Program-made: the position numbers and the translations under genes
Shown: positions 1 to 12,233 of the stretch, in pieces
How positions within the stretch are numbered: the first letter of the stretch is position 1
Layout: the number at the start of each line of letters is the position of its first letter
The notes under the pieces: model-generated
What the model saw: the letters and a program-made list of their open reading frames with translations, nothing else
Database searches by the model: none
What the model was told of the DNA's origin: nothing
Assembly: GCF_000143415.4 (NCBI RefSeq)
Contig: NW_003314299.1
Location: 792,229 to 856,228, forward strand
Source of the DNA: Selaginella moellendorffii
Taxonomy: Eukaryota > Plantae > Lycopodiophyta
Reading direction: 5' to 3'
Length of the DNA stretch: 64,000 nt

Positions 1-608
1 GGTTGTGGGTGAAAGCCCAAAGCGTGTGTCTTCCAGGGGGGGCTATAGGGGGTTCCAAAAGTATAGTAACGATAGTGAGATCCAGGAACTAGTCTTGAAG
101 GAACTCTTTAGTGGTGCTTCCAAATTGACTTAAGGTTGAGACTGGGGCTGAGTGGCCTTGGGTGGGAGTGAGCATGGACTCGGGTGGTTCCGGAGGGGCC
201 ACCCAAGGAAGTGCTTAAGAGCAGCTCCCACTCCCGAAAGGGAAACCGACTGCGGTGCTCCCGGCTCATGTGGAGTGGTGCCCCATTTGAGTACTTTGTG
301 GCTCATTAGTCCTCGCCCTTCCTAGGGGCTTGGGCAATGGAAGTGGGGTGGGGGGGTAGAGATACCCATACTAGGGTATTAGACCACAGTGTTTCCCGAA
401 GCAAGTGTTGCACCCAAGGCTTGGGATTTAGAGGGTCTCACGATTAAATTTTGTTGTACCAAGGGATGTTAGGAACCTGGAGGCTTGGTGTGCTTGGTTG
501 TTTGTGCCTGCGGGGAGTGTAGCCGAACCTTAAGTCTAGTCTAACTTGGGGAGGGGGATTGGGAGAGATTTGGGAATTTGTGGATAGATAGTTAATGCTT
601 CGTTGCTC
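1..608. repeat. LTR-like dispersed repeat (partial, runs off window start); second copy at ~62727-63311
   Basis: 40-608 aligns colinearly by eye with 62727-63311 (e.g. ggttccaaaagtatagt..., gtgttgcaccca...gggatttagaggg, gggattgggagagatttgggaa). Bases 7-77 also match a segment inside the Gypsy LTRs (~1292-1367). Confidence 0.75.
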
Positions 609-685
609 GTGACAAATCGGGATCAAAATAGCGGACAGAACAGGAAAACCCTAATGTTTACGTGGTGAGGGTGTGTTGTGTAACA
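608..685 (-). repeat. Copia 3' LTR (~78 bp)
   Basis: On the minus strand it follows the PPT GGAGGGGAG and begins TGTTACAC; shares gacaaat-gggatcaaa and aaaccctaatgt...gggtgtgt-gtgtaaca with 12162-12233. Confidence 0.75.
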
Positions 686-743
686 CTCCCCTCCAAACCA
701 AACCCACTCACCAAACCAAATTTATCGCGTAAGAGTTGAAACT

Positions 744-1661
744 TGTCGCGAATGTGACTTTAGGTATCGAAAGATACTTGTCGGCCAGTCCTTACGGACA
801 CTCTTTCCTTACTGCCATGACGGCAGAAGGTCGGTACAGTTGGTTCCCTTTATTGTTCCCACTTGAGCTAGTTGAGAAACTGGTCAATGACCGTGTACTT
901 AAATCGGATAAACATAAGGTAAGAACCCTATGTGTTTCTTGCTGAGCATACTCGGCCTGGTTTGAGAAACTCCTGTCATTAGCTTGCACTTGCTAGTGTC
1001 AAGAACCCCCGCGATATTGATACTAGTCCCTCAATACTCGTTAAGTGATAGCTTACCGTGTCTGCCAAACACCCTCGCTATCATGCCCTTTGTGTTGGTC
1101 TCATTTCGGTCCCAAATGCTATTTATGGAAAGTGTCTAGATTAGCTCATTTGGCATATCTACGGAATGTAGAGATCGGCCTGAACACAATGGTGTTCGTC
1201 CCGTGTCCAAATTCGCAATTTAAGGACATTCCATATTTAGTAAGTTTCGGACTTGTCCCAGAGACTAACTCCTGGTACTAAGGGAGGCTTGGGGTGAAAG
1301 CCCAAAGCGTGTGTCCCTCAAGGGGGGGGGGGCTGTGGGGGGTTCCAAATGTATAGTAGGGATAGTGGTTGGAATGCATGTCCGACCACCTGAGACATTA
1401 GTTTGGCTCCCGCTGGGCTGTGTCGCTCCTTGTTCTGCATCCGGCTTGGGTCTAAGCCCAAGCTCCACGCTGCTTTAGTCGGTGGAGTACCCTCCTCCTC
1501 GCGTTAGGCCACCGGTATGCCAAAATTGTGCCAGACTCCGTCTGACACCATTTTGCGTGCAGGTGCTGGATACGGGGAGCTGGTGCTCGTGGGATTGTAC
1601 CGGACCCTCGTTTCGTAGCGTAACGGGCTTGGAGTTCGGCTCCAAATTCAGGTGCGCTACA
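744..1661 (+). repeat. Gypsy 5' LTR (918 bp)
   Basis: tgtcgcgaatgtg...ggtgcgctaca; near-identical to 7176-8095. Confidence 0.97.
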
Positions 1662-1852
1662 TTTGGTATCAGAGCAATTGTCTCAGCGATTCCTATCCAA
1701 CTTTTGTCGGATTTTCTGACTCAAGTTGCATACGCAGAGACTTTTCTAGTAGATCCGAAGCGACCTGTGTAGGATTAGTTGGATTGCACCATTCGGTAAG
1801 AACGTTGTATGCATGTTCAGTTACTGATAGAGGCATGCATGCAGCTAGCAGG

Positions 1853-4800
1853 ATGGTGAAGAGGAACCGTGCTGATGATGCTGAAACCTCTAGACGGGCG
1901 AATCGAGAGGAGGAAACTCCTGCTAGAGATGCTGCGGAAGAGGCTGAGGCTGAGTCAGAAGAGGAAGAGCTGGTTGCTGCGGCGCTGCAGCGTACGGCTC
2001 AGGAAGTCGAGATCGAGAATTTGCGAAGGGAGATTCGCAAATTAAAGAAGGAGAACAAGAAGAGGAAGAAAGAAGCTGAGGCAGCTAAACCAGCTAAGCC
2101 TAAGCAACCGGACTCCTCCTCAAGTTAAGAGGACAATGAAGTTCTGCAACCACCCCCGGTTGCACGAGTTTCAAAGTTCAAGCCCCCAAAACCACCCAAC
2201 TTCAGAGGCATGCGGGACTATTAGGTTTTGGAAGACTGGGTCTACGATATGGAGAACTACTTCATAGCGGCAAACGTAGATGATCGTACGAAAGTTGCGT
2301 GTGCGCAATCCTTTCTCACCGATCATGCCAAAACTTGGTGGCGCTAAGTGTGTGCTGAAAAAGGGCAGACTAGAAGTTGGACCAAGATGCGGTCTCGTAT
2401 CCGTAAGGAATACTTGCCAGATGATCTTGGTCTGAGACTTCGCGCGGAGCTGCGGCAGTTAAAGCAGCGAGGTGATCTCATGCATTACGTTAATGCGTTT
2501 GCTCAGAAGCGCATTATGATTGCAAATATGAGTGACGAAGATGCTCAGAGTTATTTTCTGGAGGGTTTAAGTTCACTTTCTCGCAATGAGATTTTGAAGT
2601 TTAAGCCGAAGACGTATCTGGAGTGTAAGGAGGCAGCGTAGCAAGTTGCCTTTAGTCACTCATTCATGGAACAATATCAGCAACCATATGCTGGTAACTC
2701 GGACAAAAATAGGAATTCTGGGAATAAACAAGGTGATCAGAAACAGAGGGTGGAAAGTAGGTTCCGCCCTGGAGGCTCACAAGCAACGGTTAACAAAGGT
2801 GGTGGTGGTTGGAGACCACTAGCAGCTTCTTCTGGTCCTAGGCCCTCTGTTCCTCCTCCTGGTGGGTACAAGCAGCAGCAACTTGCAAAACCTGTTCCTA
2901 GCGGAACGGGTAGTGTGGGTCATTGCTTCTATTGTGGAGAGTCGGGACATAGGTCCTCGGATTGTCCCAACAAGCATAAGACAAGGTCTCGGGTTAATGT
3001 CATGAGGGAAGACGGTGGTGGTGAAGCTGAAGGAGTTGACGAGTTGGTCAATGCAGACTATGAGGAAGAAGAGGTGAGTAACTTTCGTTGCTTTCCTCAA
3101 GCTTTTCTTGCAGTCAATGCAAACACTTATCCGTTGATGTATCTGGTAGGCTTTGTCCGTGGACACCGAATCCGAGTGATGATTGACACGGGAGCTACGC
3201 ACAGCGTGATATCCGAAGACTTAGTTAAGTTGTTAGGATTGAATGCTGAGCAAATGTCGCCTATGCACTTCCGGTTTGCGGAAGGTGGGCAAGTAGCCAG
3301 AAAGTTTATGAGTGATGTTCCAATAAAGATATCCAAGTGGAAAGAAAGAGTGGACTTGGTAGTGTTGAAGATACCAGATTTTCAGATGGTGTTTGGTATG
3401 GATTTCTTCAACAAGTATATAAAAGGGATTTATGGTGCTGGACAAAGTCGTATCACGTTGAAGTCCGAAGGACGACCCGATGTGTCCTTCCAGTTGCAAA
3501 AGTGTTCCTCAAAGGATTGGGATGGAAAGTTCCTGACTGCGAGGGCCGCTCAAAAAGCAACTAAGAGGGGATGTCGGACCTTTTGGGTTCAAGTGATGGA
3601 AGCTGAGAGTGTGGGTGACTCTGTTCGAATTGGCGACGGGGTTGATCCTGTACCAAAGAAGATATTGGAGTTGTTGGTGCAGAATCAGGATATCTTCCCG
3701 AAGGATTTGCCACCAGGGCTACCCCCTAGCCGTGAGGTTGATCATCGGATTGAGGTTATTCCGGGTTCTAAACCACCCACGAAAGCTCCGTATTGGTTGA
3801 ACATCAAGGAGATGGCTGAACTCAAGAAGCAACTCACGGAGCTTCTTGACAAAGGTCATATCCGACCTAGCAAGTCACCTTATGGAGCACCAATCCTTTT
3901 TGTTATGAAAAAGGATGGAACCATGAGGATGTGTATTGACTATCGGGCACTCAACAAGATCACGGTTAAGAACAGTTATCCTTTGCCTCGCATTGATGAC
4001 TTGTTTGACCAACTCTTAAAGGCTAAGTATTTTACGCGACTTGATTTGCGGTCCGGGTATCATCAGATACGTGTGGCGGATCAGGATGTGGAGAAGACAG
4101 CCTTTAAGACTTGGTACGGATCTTATGAGTTCCTTGTCATGCCGTTCGGGTTATGCAATGCTCCAGCAACGTTCAATACTATGATGGATAGAATATTCGG
4201 AGATTATTTGGACGCATTTGTTGTCCTATACATCGACGATGTTCTAGTCTTCAGTGAGACGTTGGAGGATCATTTGAAACACTTGGAGCTGGTGTTTCAG
4301 AAGTTGCGCGAACACAAACTGTATGCTAAGGAAAGTAAATGCGCTTTTGGTCAATTGCGTGTAAACTTTCTCGGACATATAGTTGGTGGTGGCGTGATTG
4401 AAGTCGATCCAAAGAAAGTGGAAGCGGTGAAGTCCTGGGAAATCCCGACCACTGTATCAGATGTTCGTTCCTTTCTCGGTTTGGCGGGATACTATCGCAA
4501 GTTTGTCCGCAATTTTGCAAGAATTGCTCTTCCGTTAACTGAGTTAACGAAGAGTAATATTCCGTTTCATTGGACACCAGCTTGTCAGCGTGCTTTTGTA
4601 CGGTTGAAGGAGATCTTGACTACGGTTCCTGTTCTCAGGATCCCAGATCTTGATAAACCCTTCGAAGTGCATTGTGATGCGTCTGGATATGCTATTGGTG
4701 CCGTGTTACAGCAAGATTGTGACAAAGTGGTTGGTGTTACGCTAAGGCGACATGGTTGTCCCGTTGCGTTCTATTCCAAGAAATTGGATGAAACCCAACG

Positions 4801-6568
4801 AAGATGGCCAACGCATGAGAAAGAGATGTTTGCTATAGTGTCGGCCCTGGAACACTGGAGACACTACTTGGGTGGACACACCAAGGTTTATACAGATAGT
4901 AACACACTAAGCTACTTTGCTACGCAGCCTAAGCTTACGCCGAAGCAGGCTCGTTGGCAAGAGAAGCTTGCTAGATATGATATTGAAATCATATATAAAC
5001 CTGGTAAAGACAATGTTGTTCCGGATGCATTGAGTTGTCAAGCTCAATTCCGGGCCATATCAGCAATAAGTTCGGACTGGTTGGAAGACGTTCGGGCTTC
5101 GTATAGAAGTGATCCATTGGCGAAGGCAATCTTATGCCGTGCGGGGTTGTTGAAGCAGAGCCCTGGTAGCGAAGCAGCAAAAGTTGCTAGTCGCACTAAT
5201 GCGAAACTTCACTTCTCAGTTCGGGATGGGCTTATATTCTATAAGCAAGAAAGATTGTATCTTCCCTCTAAGGATCTTCAGCAATTATTTCTGCAGGAAC
5301 ATCATGATGTTCCGGCAGCGGGACATGGTGGAAAGCGAAAGACTCTGGCTTCATTGAAAAAGGGATTTTTCTAGTCTGGTATGGAAGGTGATGTAGCGGA
5401 TTATGTCCGTTCCTGCCCAATATGCCAGCAATGTAAGCGCAGAACTGAGAAGTAGGCTGGAAAGTTGCAGTGCATTCCAGCACCGGCATGGCCATTTCAA
5501 AGTGTGACACTTGATTTCGTCACTTGCTTGCCGAAGTCTAAGAGTTATGATACTTTGATGGTGGTTGTGGATCGGTTGTCGAAGATTGCACACTTCATTC
5601 CAACTGTGGGAACAGTGAATGCGAAACAAGCAGCAAAGCTCTTTTTCCATGAAGTAGTGCGGGTTCGTGGTCTTCCTGAAGAGATGATCTCAAATAGGGA
5701 TCCGAGGTTTACGGGGAAGTTTTGGGGCACACTGTTCTAGTTGTTTGGTACCAAGTTGAAGTTTAGTACGGCTTATCATCCTCAAACTGATGGGCAGACC
5801 GAACGCGTGAATGCTCAAGTTGAGGATTATCTACGGTACTATGTCGCAGCGGACCAACGCGACTGGGTTGAGCATTTGGATACAGCAGAAATATGTTATA
5901 ACAACACATTTCACAGCGCTATCGGCTGTTCTCCATGGGAGATGCTGCAAGGAAATGCTCGTGGGGTTCCTCAACAGATTGTTGTACCGAAACCAATGTC
6001 CGAAGTGTTGGTCCCGGCCGTTGAGACTTATGCGGAGCAGCTACGTCAAGGTTGGTCTAGAGCAACTGAGGCGATGGGCAAAGCTCAAGATAGGTATCGA
6101 CGTGATAAGGATCAACATCGTCGGGATGTATCCTATCAAGTGGGAGATCAGGTTTGGCTATCTTCCCGAAACTTGAACATTAAGGGGTGTTTATCTCGGA
6201 AATTATTGCCAAGATATGTTGGACCCTATCGGGTGGTGAAACCAGTTGGTGATGTATCCTATAAGTTGGATCTTCCGGATGAGTTGTCCAATGTACATGA
6301 TGTGTTTCATGTTAGTTTACTAGCACCATATCATGTTGCTATGGATCACTCTGTGGACATTCGTCCCCCTCCGGAGGTTGTGAATGGTGACATGGAGTAT
6401 GAGGTCGAAGCGATTCTCTTGTCTCGCAAAGCTCGTGGTGGTCGTTCCAAGGAATATCTAGTTAAGTGGAAAGGTTATCCAACTTGTGAATCAACTTGGG
6501 AACCTCTTAGTAATCTTACACATGCTCGTGAGCTTGTCACGGAGTATGAGAATTGTAATAAAAACTAG
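1853..6568 (+). pseudogene. Gag-Pol polyprotein, single frame with 7 premature stops; C-terminal chromodomain
   Basis: Zn knuckle [14 protein letters not shown], protease [14 protein letters not shown], RNase H DASG, integrase, GPY motif, chromodomain EYEVEAIL...YLVKWKGY...STWEP. In-frame stops at 2126, 2222, 2345, 2639, 5372, 5453, 5738. Confidence 0.93.
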
Positions 6569-7175
6569 CTTTTGTAAATCTTGTAATAAATCTTGCAAAT
6601 TAATAAAATACTATATTTCTATAATCAAAGTGTCGTTTCTCTCGTTCATTAGTACTTGGGTCAGTTTTGGCAGGCTGACTTTGGCACTTCGGTGCATGGG
6701 TCCAATCCATAACCATGGGGATAACTATTATAGACTGATCACAAGTCCCCGCCTCTCTCTCGATGACTCATTTTCGAAAAGGGGCGTGGTCGTGTAAACA
6801 ACTTAATCTGCCAGTTTATAGTAGTTATCTAAATCTTCCCGACGGGGTTGATTTCTTGCTCAGGGGGAGTTGGGCCTCTGGCCCTCTCCCTATGTCCCTG
6901 CGGGCAGGGATGTATCATTCCTTTGTAAGCCGAGTGGTACTCGGAGTAGCAAGGGTGGCTAACTTTGTTAGTCATTTCCTTGTCGGTGACGGCCGGAGGG
7001 TGTCTGAGTCTTAACATCTTTGGACGTAGATGAGAGGTCGTTCCATAACTCATTTAAGTCGGTGCGTTTCCCATATAGTGTGCTTTCCGTTAACTTTCGG
7101 AGTTGTTTCCTTGACGGTTTGCTAGACTCGGGTATGCATCGACGAGGACGTCGATCTTCCCCAAGGGGGGGAGAG

Positions 7176-8095
7176 TGTCGCGAATGTGACTTCAGGTATC
7201 GAAAGATACTTGTCGGCCAGTCCTTACGGACACTCTTTCCTTACTGCCATGACGGCAGAAGGTCGGTACAGTTGGTTCCCTTTATTGTTCCCACTTGAGC
7301 TAGTTGAGAAACTGGTCAATGACCGTGTACTTAAATCGGATAAACATAAGGTAAGAACCCTATGTGTTTCTTGCTGAGCATACTCGGCCTGGTTTGAGAA
7401 ACTCCTGTCATTGGCTTGCACTTGCTAGTGTCAAGAACCCCCGCGATATTGAGACTAGTCCCTCAATACTCGTTAAGTGATAGCTTACCGTGTCTGCCAA
7501 ACACCCTCGCTATCACGCCCTTTGTGTTGGTCTCATTTCGGTCCCAAATGCTATTTATGGAAAGTGTCTAGATTAGCTCATTTGGCATATCTATGGAATG
7601 TAGAGATCGGCCTGAACACAATGGTGTTCGTCCCGTGTCCAAATTCGCAATCTAAGGACATTCCATATTTAGTAAGTTTCGGACTTGTCCCAGAGACTAA
7701 CTCCTGGTACTAAGGGAGGCTTGGGGTGAAAGCCCAAAGCGTGTGTCCCTCAAGGGGGGGGGGGGGCTGTGGGGGGTTCCAAATGTATAGTAGGGATAGT
7801 GGTTGGAATGCATGTCCGACCACCTGAGACATTAGTTTGGCTCCCGCTGGGCTGTGTCGCTCCTTGTTCTGCGTCCGGCTTGGGTCTAAGCCCAAGCTCC
7901 ACGCTGCTTTAGTCGGTGGAGTACCCTCCTCCTCGCGTTAGGCCACCGGTATGCCAAAATTGTGCCAGACTCCGTCTGACACCATTTTGCGTGCAGGTGC
8001 TGGATACGGGGAGCTGGTGCTCATGGGATTGTACCGGACCCTCGTTTCGTAGCGTAACGGGCTTGGAGTTCGGCTCCAAATTCAGGTGCGCTACA
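7176..8095 (+). repeat. Gypsy 3' LTR (920 bp)
   Basis: About 8 substitutions counted by eye versus the 5' LTR, plus 2 extra G in the poly-G run. Confidence 0.97.
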
Positions 8096-8419
8096 AAACT
8101 GGTGTGGCCGCAATGGCTTAGTGAGAAGATCAGCTGGCATGTCTTGTGTCCCGAGATGTTGGACGACCAGGGTGCCACCGTCAACCAACTCACGCATATA
8201 GTGAAATTAGACTTTAATGTGCTTCGAGTGGGCATAGTGGACATCCACCCACTTGGACATGGCAATGCTGCTTCAGTTGTCACACCAAGAAGTAGTGGGG
8301 CCAGCTTGTGCACACCCTAGCTCAGTAAGTAACCCTTGAGCCTAGACCACGTCCCTACTACCAGTAGTGAGTGCGATGTACTCCACTTCTACACTAGAAA
8401 TCTACACCATAGATTGTCG

Positions 8420-8971
8420 CTTGGTTACTGCGCTGAAAGTTGCTCTTAGCCAGCAATTCCAGATGAAGGACCTTGGTCAATTCTCCTACTTTCTTGGCTT
8501 TGAAGTCACACGTGATCTTGAGTCTGGTGGCTACATGCTCAGCCAATGACGTAAAGTCAAAGTCTTGTTGGATCGGTTTGGTATGCATGATTGCCACCTT
8601 GTCAAGACCCCGATGGTTGTTGGTGCTATCAACCTTACAGTTGAGCAGTCTAGTGAGCCTCTACCCACTGGGACTCCCTATCGGCATCTCATTGGTTGCC
8701 TCACATATTTGGCCCTGATGACTCGCCCCGACATCACATATGCGACTATTGCCTTGAGTCAGTACAACACATCACCAACCACCATACATTGGCAAGCTGC
8801 CAAGCGTATCATGAGATACCTCTAGGACACTATGGACTACAGTATTGCTTATTCAAGGGGTTATGCGTCATTGGCATGCTACACGGATGTTAGTTTTGCC
8901 AATAACAAAGGTTATCACTCGACTTCTGGCATTTGCCTTTCCTTCTCAGGAGGTGCCATCACGTGGGCCTC
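8420..8971 (+). other. Inverted segment of the Copia RT/RNase H
   Basis: Copia RT C-terminal motifs (FQMKDLG, YRHLIGCLTYL, TRPDI, HWQAAKRIMRYL) read on + while the flanking Copia coding sequence reads on -. Confidence 0.92.
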
Positions 8972-11900
8972 ATCACCCATGATGAGCAAATCATCAATGT
9001 AGAGGGCCACAATAAACATGTGCTCAACATGACCATTGACATACACATTATGATCAGCATGACAGTGATGAAAGCCTTGAGCATGTAGGGTGGCATCAAA
9101 TTTTTTATACCAAATACAGGAGCTCTATTTTAGGCCATACAAAGCATTCTGTAATTGCCATATAGGGCCACCAGGGGCAACATCATCCTCAAAACCAGGA
9201 GGTATATGCATATAGATGTCCTCTTGCAAATCCCCATTCAAAAATGCAATTTTGACATCCATATGGTGGACTTGCCATTTGCGAGCAGCCGCAAGTGCAA
9301 AAAGAGTACGGAGGCTGGCCATTTTTACAACTGGTAAGAATGTTTCATCGTAGTCAAGGCCATGGACTTGGCAAAAACCACAAACAACCAAGCATGCTTT
9401 ATAACGTACAACCTGACCATCTTTCCCATACTTTTTGGAAAAAATCCATTTTGGATCCAAAACATGTCGTCCCGGTGGTGCTGAATCAACTGGAACATAA
9501 GTTCCATTAACCCAAATGGAAGAAACTTCTTCTGCAATAGCTTCCATCCAAGATGAAGCCTCAAGTCCTGAGATGGCCTCATCATAGGTCATGGGGATCC
9601 CGACGTCAACAAGGCCACAGAAGTCATCAAGCTCTGCAGCATCTACTTCAGCATTTTTCCGGACTTTCAACGAGGGCCAACGTTCCCAGGGGTGATCAAG
9701 AACTATCATTGGATCAGGCATGCCACGATGTCGAGAAGGTGGTGGAGGTGTTGGAAGCCTATCCTTGATTGGAGGAGCATTAGCTAGTTCAAGCATATCC
9801 AGAAGTGGAGGATTCCCCAATCGAATCTCTAGTGGCAACTCATGAATAGGATCTTTAGGTAGAGGCAAGAGTGGACCATCTCCCATAAGTGGGATCAAAG
9901 GAACAAGTTGAGTCTCAGCAATGAAAGAAGGATCTTGAAGAGCCTCTATACGCATGGGAAAGTCGTCTTCGTTGAATATGACGTCTATGTTTACAAGAGC
10001 CTTGTGAGATGCAAGATCCCACAACTTGTAAGCTTTTTTCCCGATGGTGTCGTCCTATGCATATCCCACGAAGATGAATTTTTTACTTTTGGGATCTAGC
10101 TTTTTCCGAAGTTGATCAAGGGTATGTGTGTATGCTGCACAACTGAAGACCCAAAAGTGGAACACATCAAGAGTAGAACCTATCCAAAATGCCTTAGGGG
10201 TTTTTCCATCCAAAGCAACCGTGGCAAGGCGATTTTGTACATGCATTGCTGTGGCTATGGCCTCTTGCCAAAACATCTTGTCAAGATGTGCATCAGTTAA
10301 CAAAGCCTGAGCAACATTGACAAGAGTGCGATTCTTCCTTTCTACAACACCATTTTGCTGGGGGGTGTAGCGGGTTGGGGCTTGTAGTCATATGCCTACA
10401 TCATGACAAATGCCCCGAAGCTCATTGTTGAGGTATTCACCACCACCATCAACTCAAATAGCTTTTATCTTTCAACCAAGGAGGTTTTCAAAGTAGGCCT
10501 TGTACGTTTGAAAGGCAACAACTGCATCACTCTTACGCATCAAGAAGTGGATGCATGTTCAATGGCTATAATCATCAATGAATGTGATGAAATATCTTGT
10601 GCCATTGTGACTTGGCATGTCCATAAGGCCGCAAAGATCAGAATGGACCAAGTCCAGAAGTCCAAGTGCTCGATGTTTACTCGGCGAGAAATTCTGGTGG
10701 TGATGCTTGTCTAAAACGCAAGCTTGACAAAATGTAAATGGGATACGTCGGAAATCCAATCCAATAACAATATCTTGGGATTTCATCCGTTAAAGAGATT
10801 GATAATGAACATGACCAAGTCTTTTATGCCAAAGCTCCGCACGAGAATCTGCCTCTACAATTTGAAGGGCCTGAATCGAGTGAGCAGCAGTAATCTCATA
10901 CAAGTCCCCAATACATGACCCACAAAGCAACTGTGTATTAAGCATATGAAAGTTGCTAGAGTCTACCAAAAAGACTCCTTTTGCATCAAAGACTACCACT
11001 GCATTTTGATCACATATCTTGGCGATGGATATTAAGTTTCGTTGAAAGGTGGAAACGTGCATGGCATCATCAAAGGCCATGGTCCTCCCATGATCAAGTG
11101 AGAGCCGAAATTGCCCAATGCCTTCCACATGGATGGTGGTATTATTACCTAAATGAACACCATGTTTTCCAATGCTTGGCTGATAACACTCAAAAAGACT
11201 CTTTTTATTGTTCATAAGATTAGTACAATTAGAGTCTAAGAGCCACCGGCTTGGTGCTACAATTGCCTTTGTGTTGTAGAGCTCCTCAGTAGCCTCATTT
11301 GCTGTAGCAATTCCATCACACTCGGGCAGATTGGCTTTCACTGGCATAGCTAGTCACTTGACAGGCTTGGGAGCAGGGCAATCTCGAGCGGCCCATCTCC
11401 AAGCAGCAAGCACACTAATTCTTAGCAAGTCTGGGCTTGGCACACCCAGATGCCACGGAATTTTGCCCTTTCTAGGCATTTGCAGCTGCATGCGGTTTTG
11501 CCACCTTGGCATCACCAGAAGCCTATGAAGCATACATAGCCTATGGCATTTCAGCTCTCTCGCTTTGTATGGCCTCAATGTTGCAAAGACTCCTCACGGC
11601 ATCTGCCCAAGTCATCCCTGGTTGGAGAAGTAGGCTCTCAATTGCATTCTTCCAGCTAGCTGGCAAGGACCTCTAGAGCCACAACCTCTACTGCTCATCT
11701 GTGAGACAATGCTTTGCCCCAACAGCCGCAAGTTGTGTAAAGAAGCCCTAGAGCTTGGCAGTGTGAGTCTGGATATTGCCATTTTCCTCTAGCCTCAAGG
11801 AATCCATTTGTGAATGGATGTTGAAGACATCCATTTCACTCTTGGTGCTATAAGTGTCACTCAGCCACTTCCAGAGCTCTACCGCAGTGGACTTTGGAAT

Positions 11901-12161
11901 CGATGGGGCAGCAAAGAGAACATTCGAGGACAAGCACATCACAATACTCCCTCTAGCCTTGGAATCTTGAAGGTTTCAATCATGCACCTTAGCAGCACTA
12001 GAGCCTGGAGCCAGTGATGACTCTGTCCCATCTACAATCCCCAACAAACCATGAAACAAAAGATAGGATTCAAGATGGATCTTGAATCCCTCAAACCCTT
12101 CTCTATCAAACTCGTGGATGGATGGTTTTCCTTCCATAGTGCTATCCTAGCTCCAATACCA

Positions 12162-12233
12162 TGAGACAAATTGGGATCAAAGCGCACCGTGCTAAACCCT
12201 AATGTCTACATGGCAAGGGTGTGTCGTGTAACA
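12162..12233 (-). repeat. Copia 5' LTR (72 bp)
   Basis: Reads TGTTACAC...TTTGTCTCA on the minus strand, followed directly by the tRNA-iMet-type PBS TGGTATTGGAGC and the gag ATG 10 nt after the PBS. Confidence 0.8.

Larger units (their letters stand above)
744..8095 (+). mobile_element. Full-length Ty3/Gypsy chromovirus LTR retrotransposon
   Basis: LTRs 744-1661 and 7176-8095 (TG...CA); TSD AAACT at 739-743 and 8096-8100; PBS TGGTATCAGAGC at 1664-1675; PPT at 7163-7175; gag-PR-RT-RH-INT-chromodomain order. Confidence 0.97.
608..12233 (-). mobile_element. Ty1/Copia LTR retrotransposon, degenerate, interrupted by a Gypsy insertion and internally inverted
   Basis: Gag ATG at 12137 (MEGKPSIHEF...LLGIVDGTE), protease WLLDS, GAG-pre-integrase LWHKRLGH, integrase (LVHSDLCG; KKLDPKSKKFIFVGY), RT (ALYGLK, YIDDLL, MKDLG), RNase H (ADLLTKPL). 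PBS at 12147-12161, PPT at 686-694, matching LTR ends. Confidence 0.9.

Noticed and set aside
736-1772. Small ORFs duplicated at 7186-8320
   Set aside because: They lie in the two LTR copies, so the duplication reflects LTR identity and not coding function.
2126-5740. Programmed stop read-through or RNA editing restoring the Gypsy ORF
   Set aside because: The stops are scattered within gag and integrase and are accompanied by transition missense changes, which fits mutational decay.
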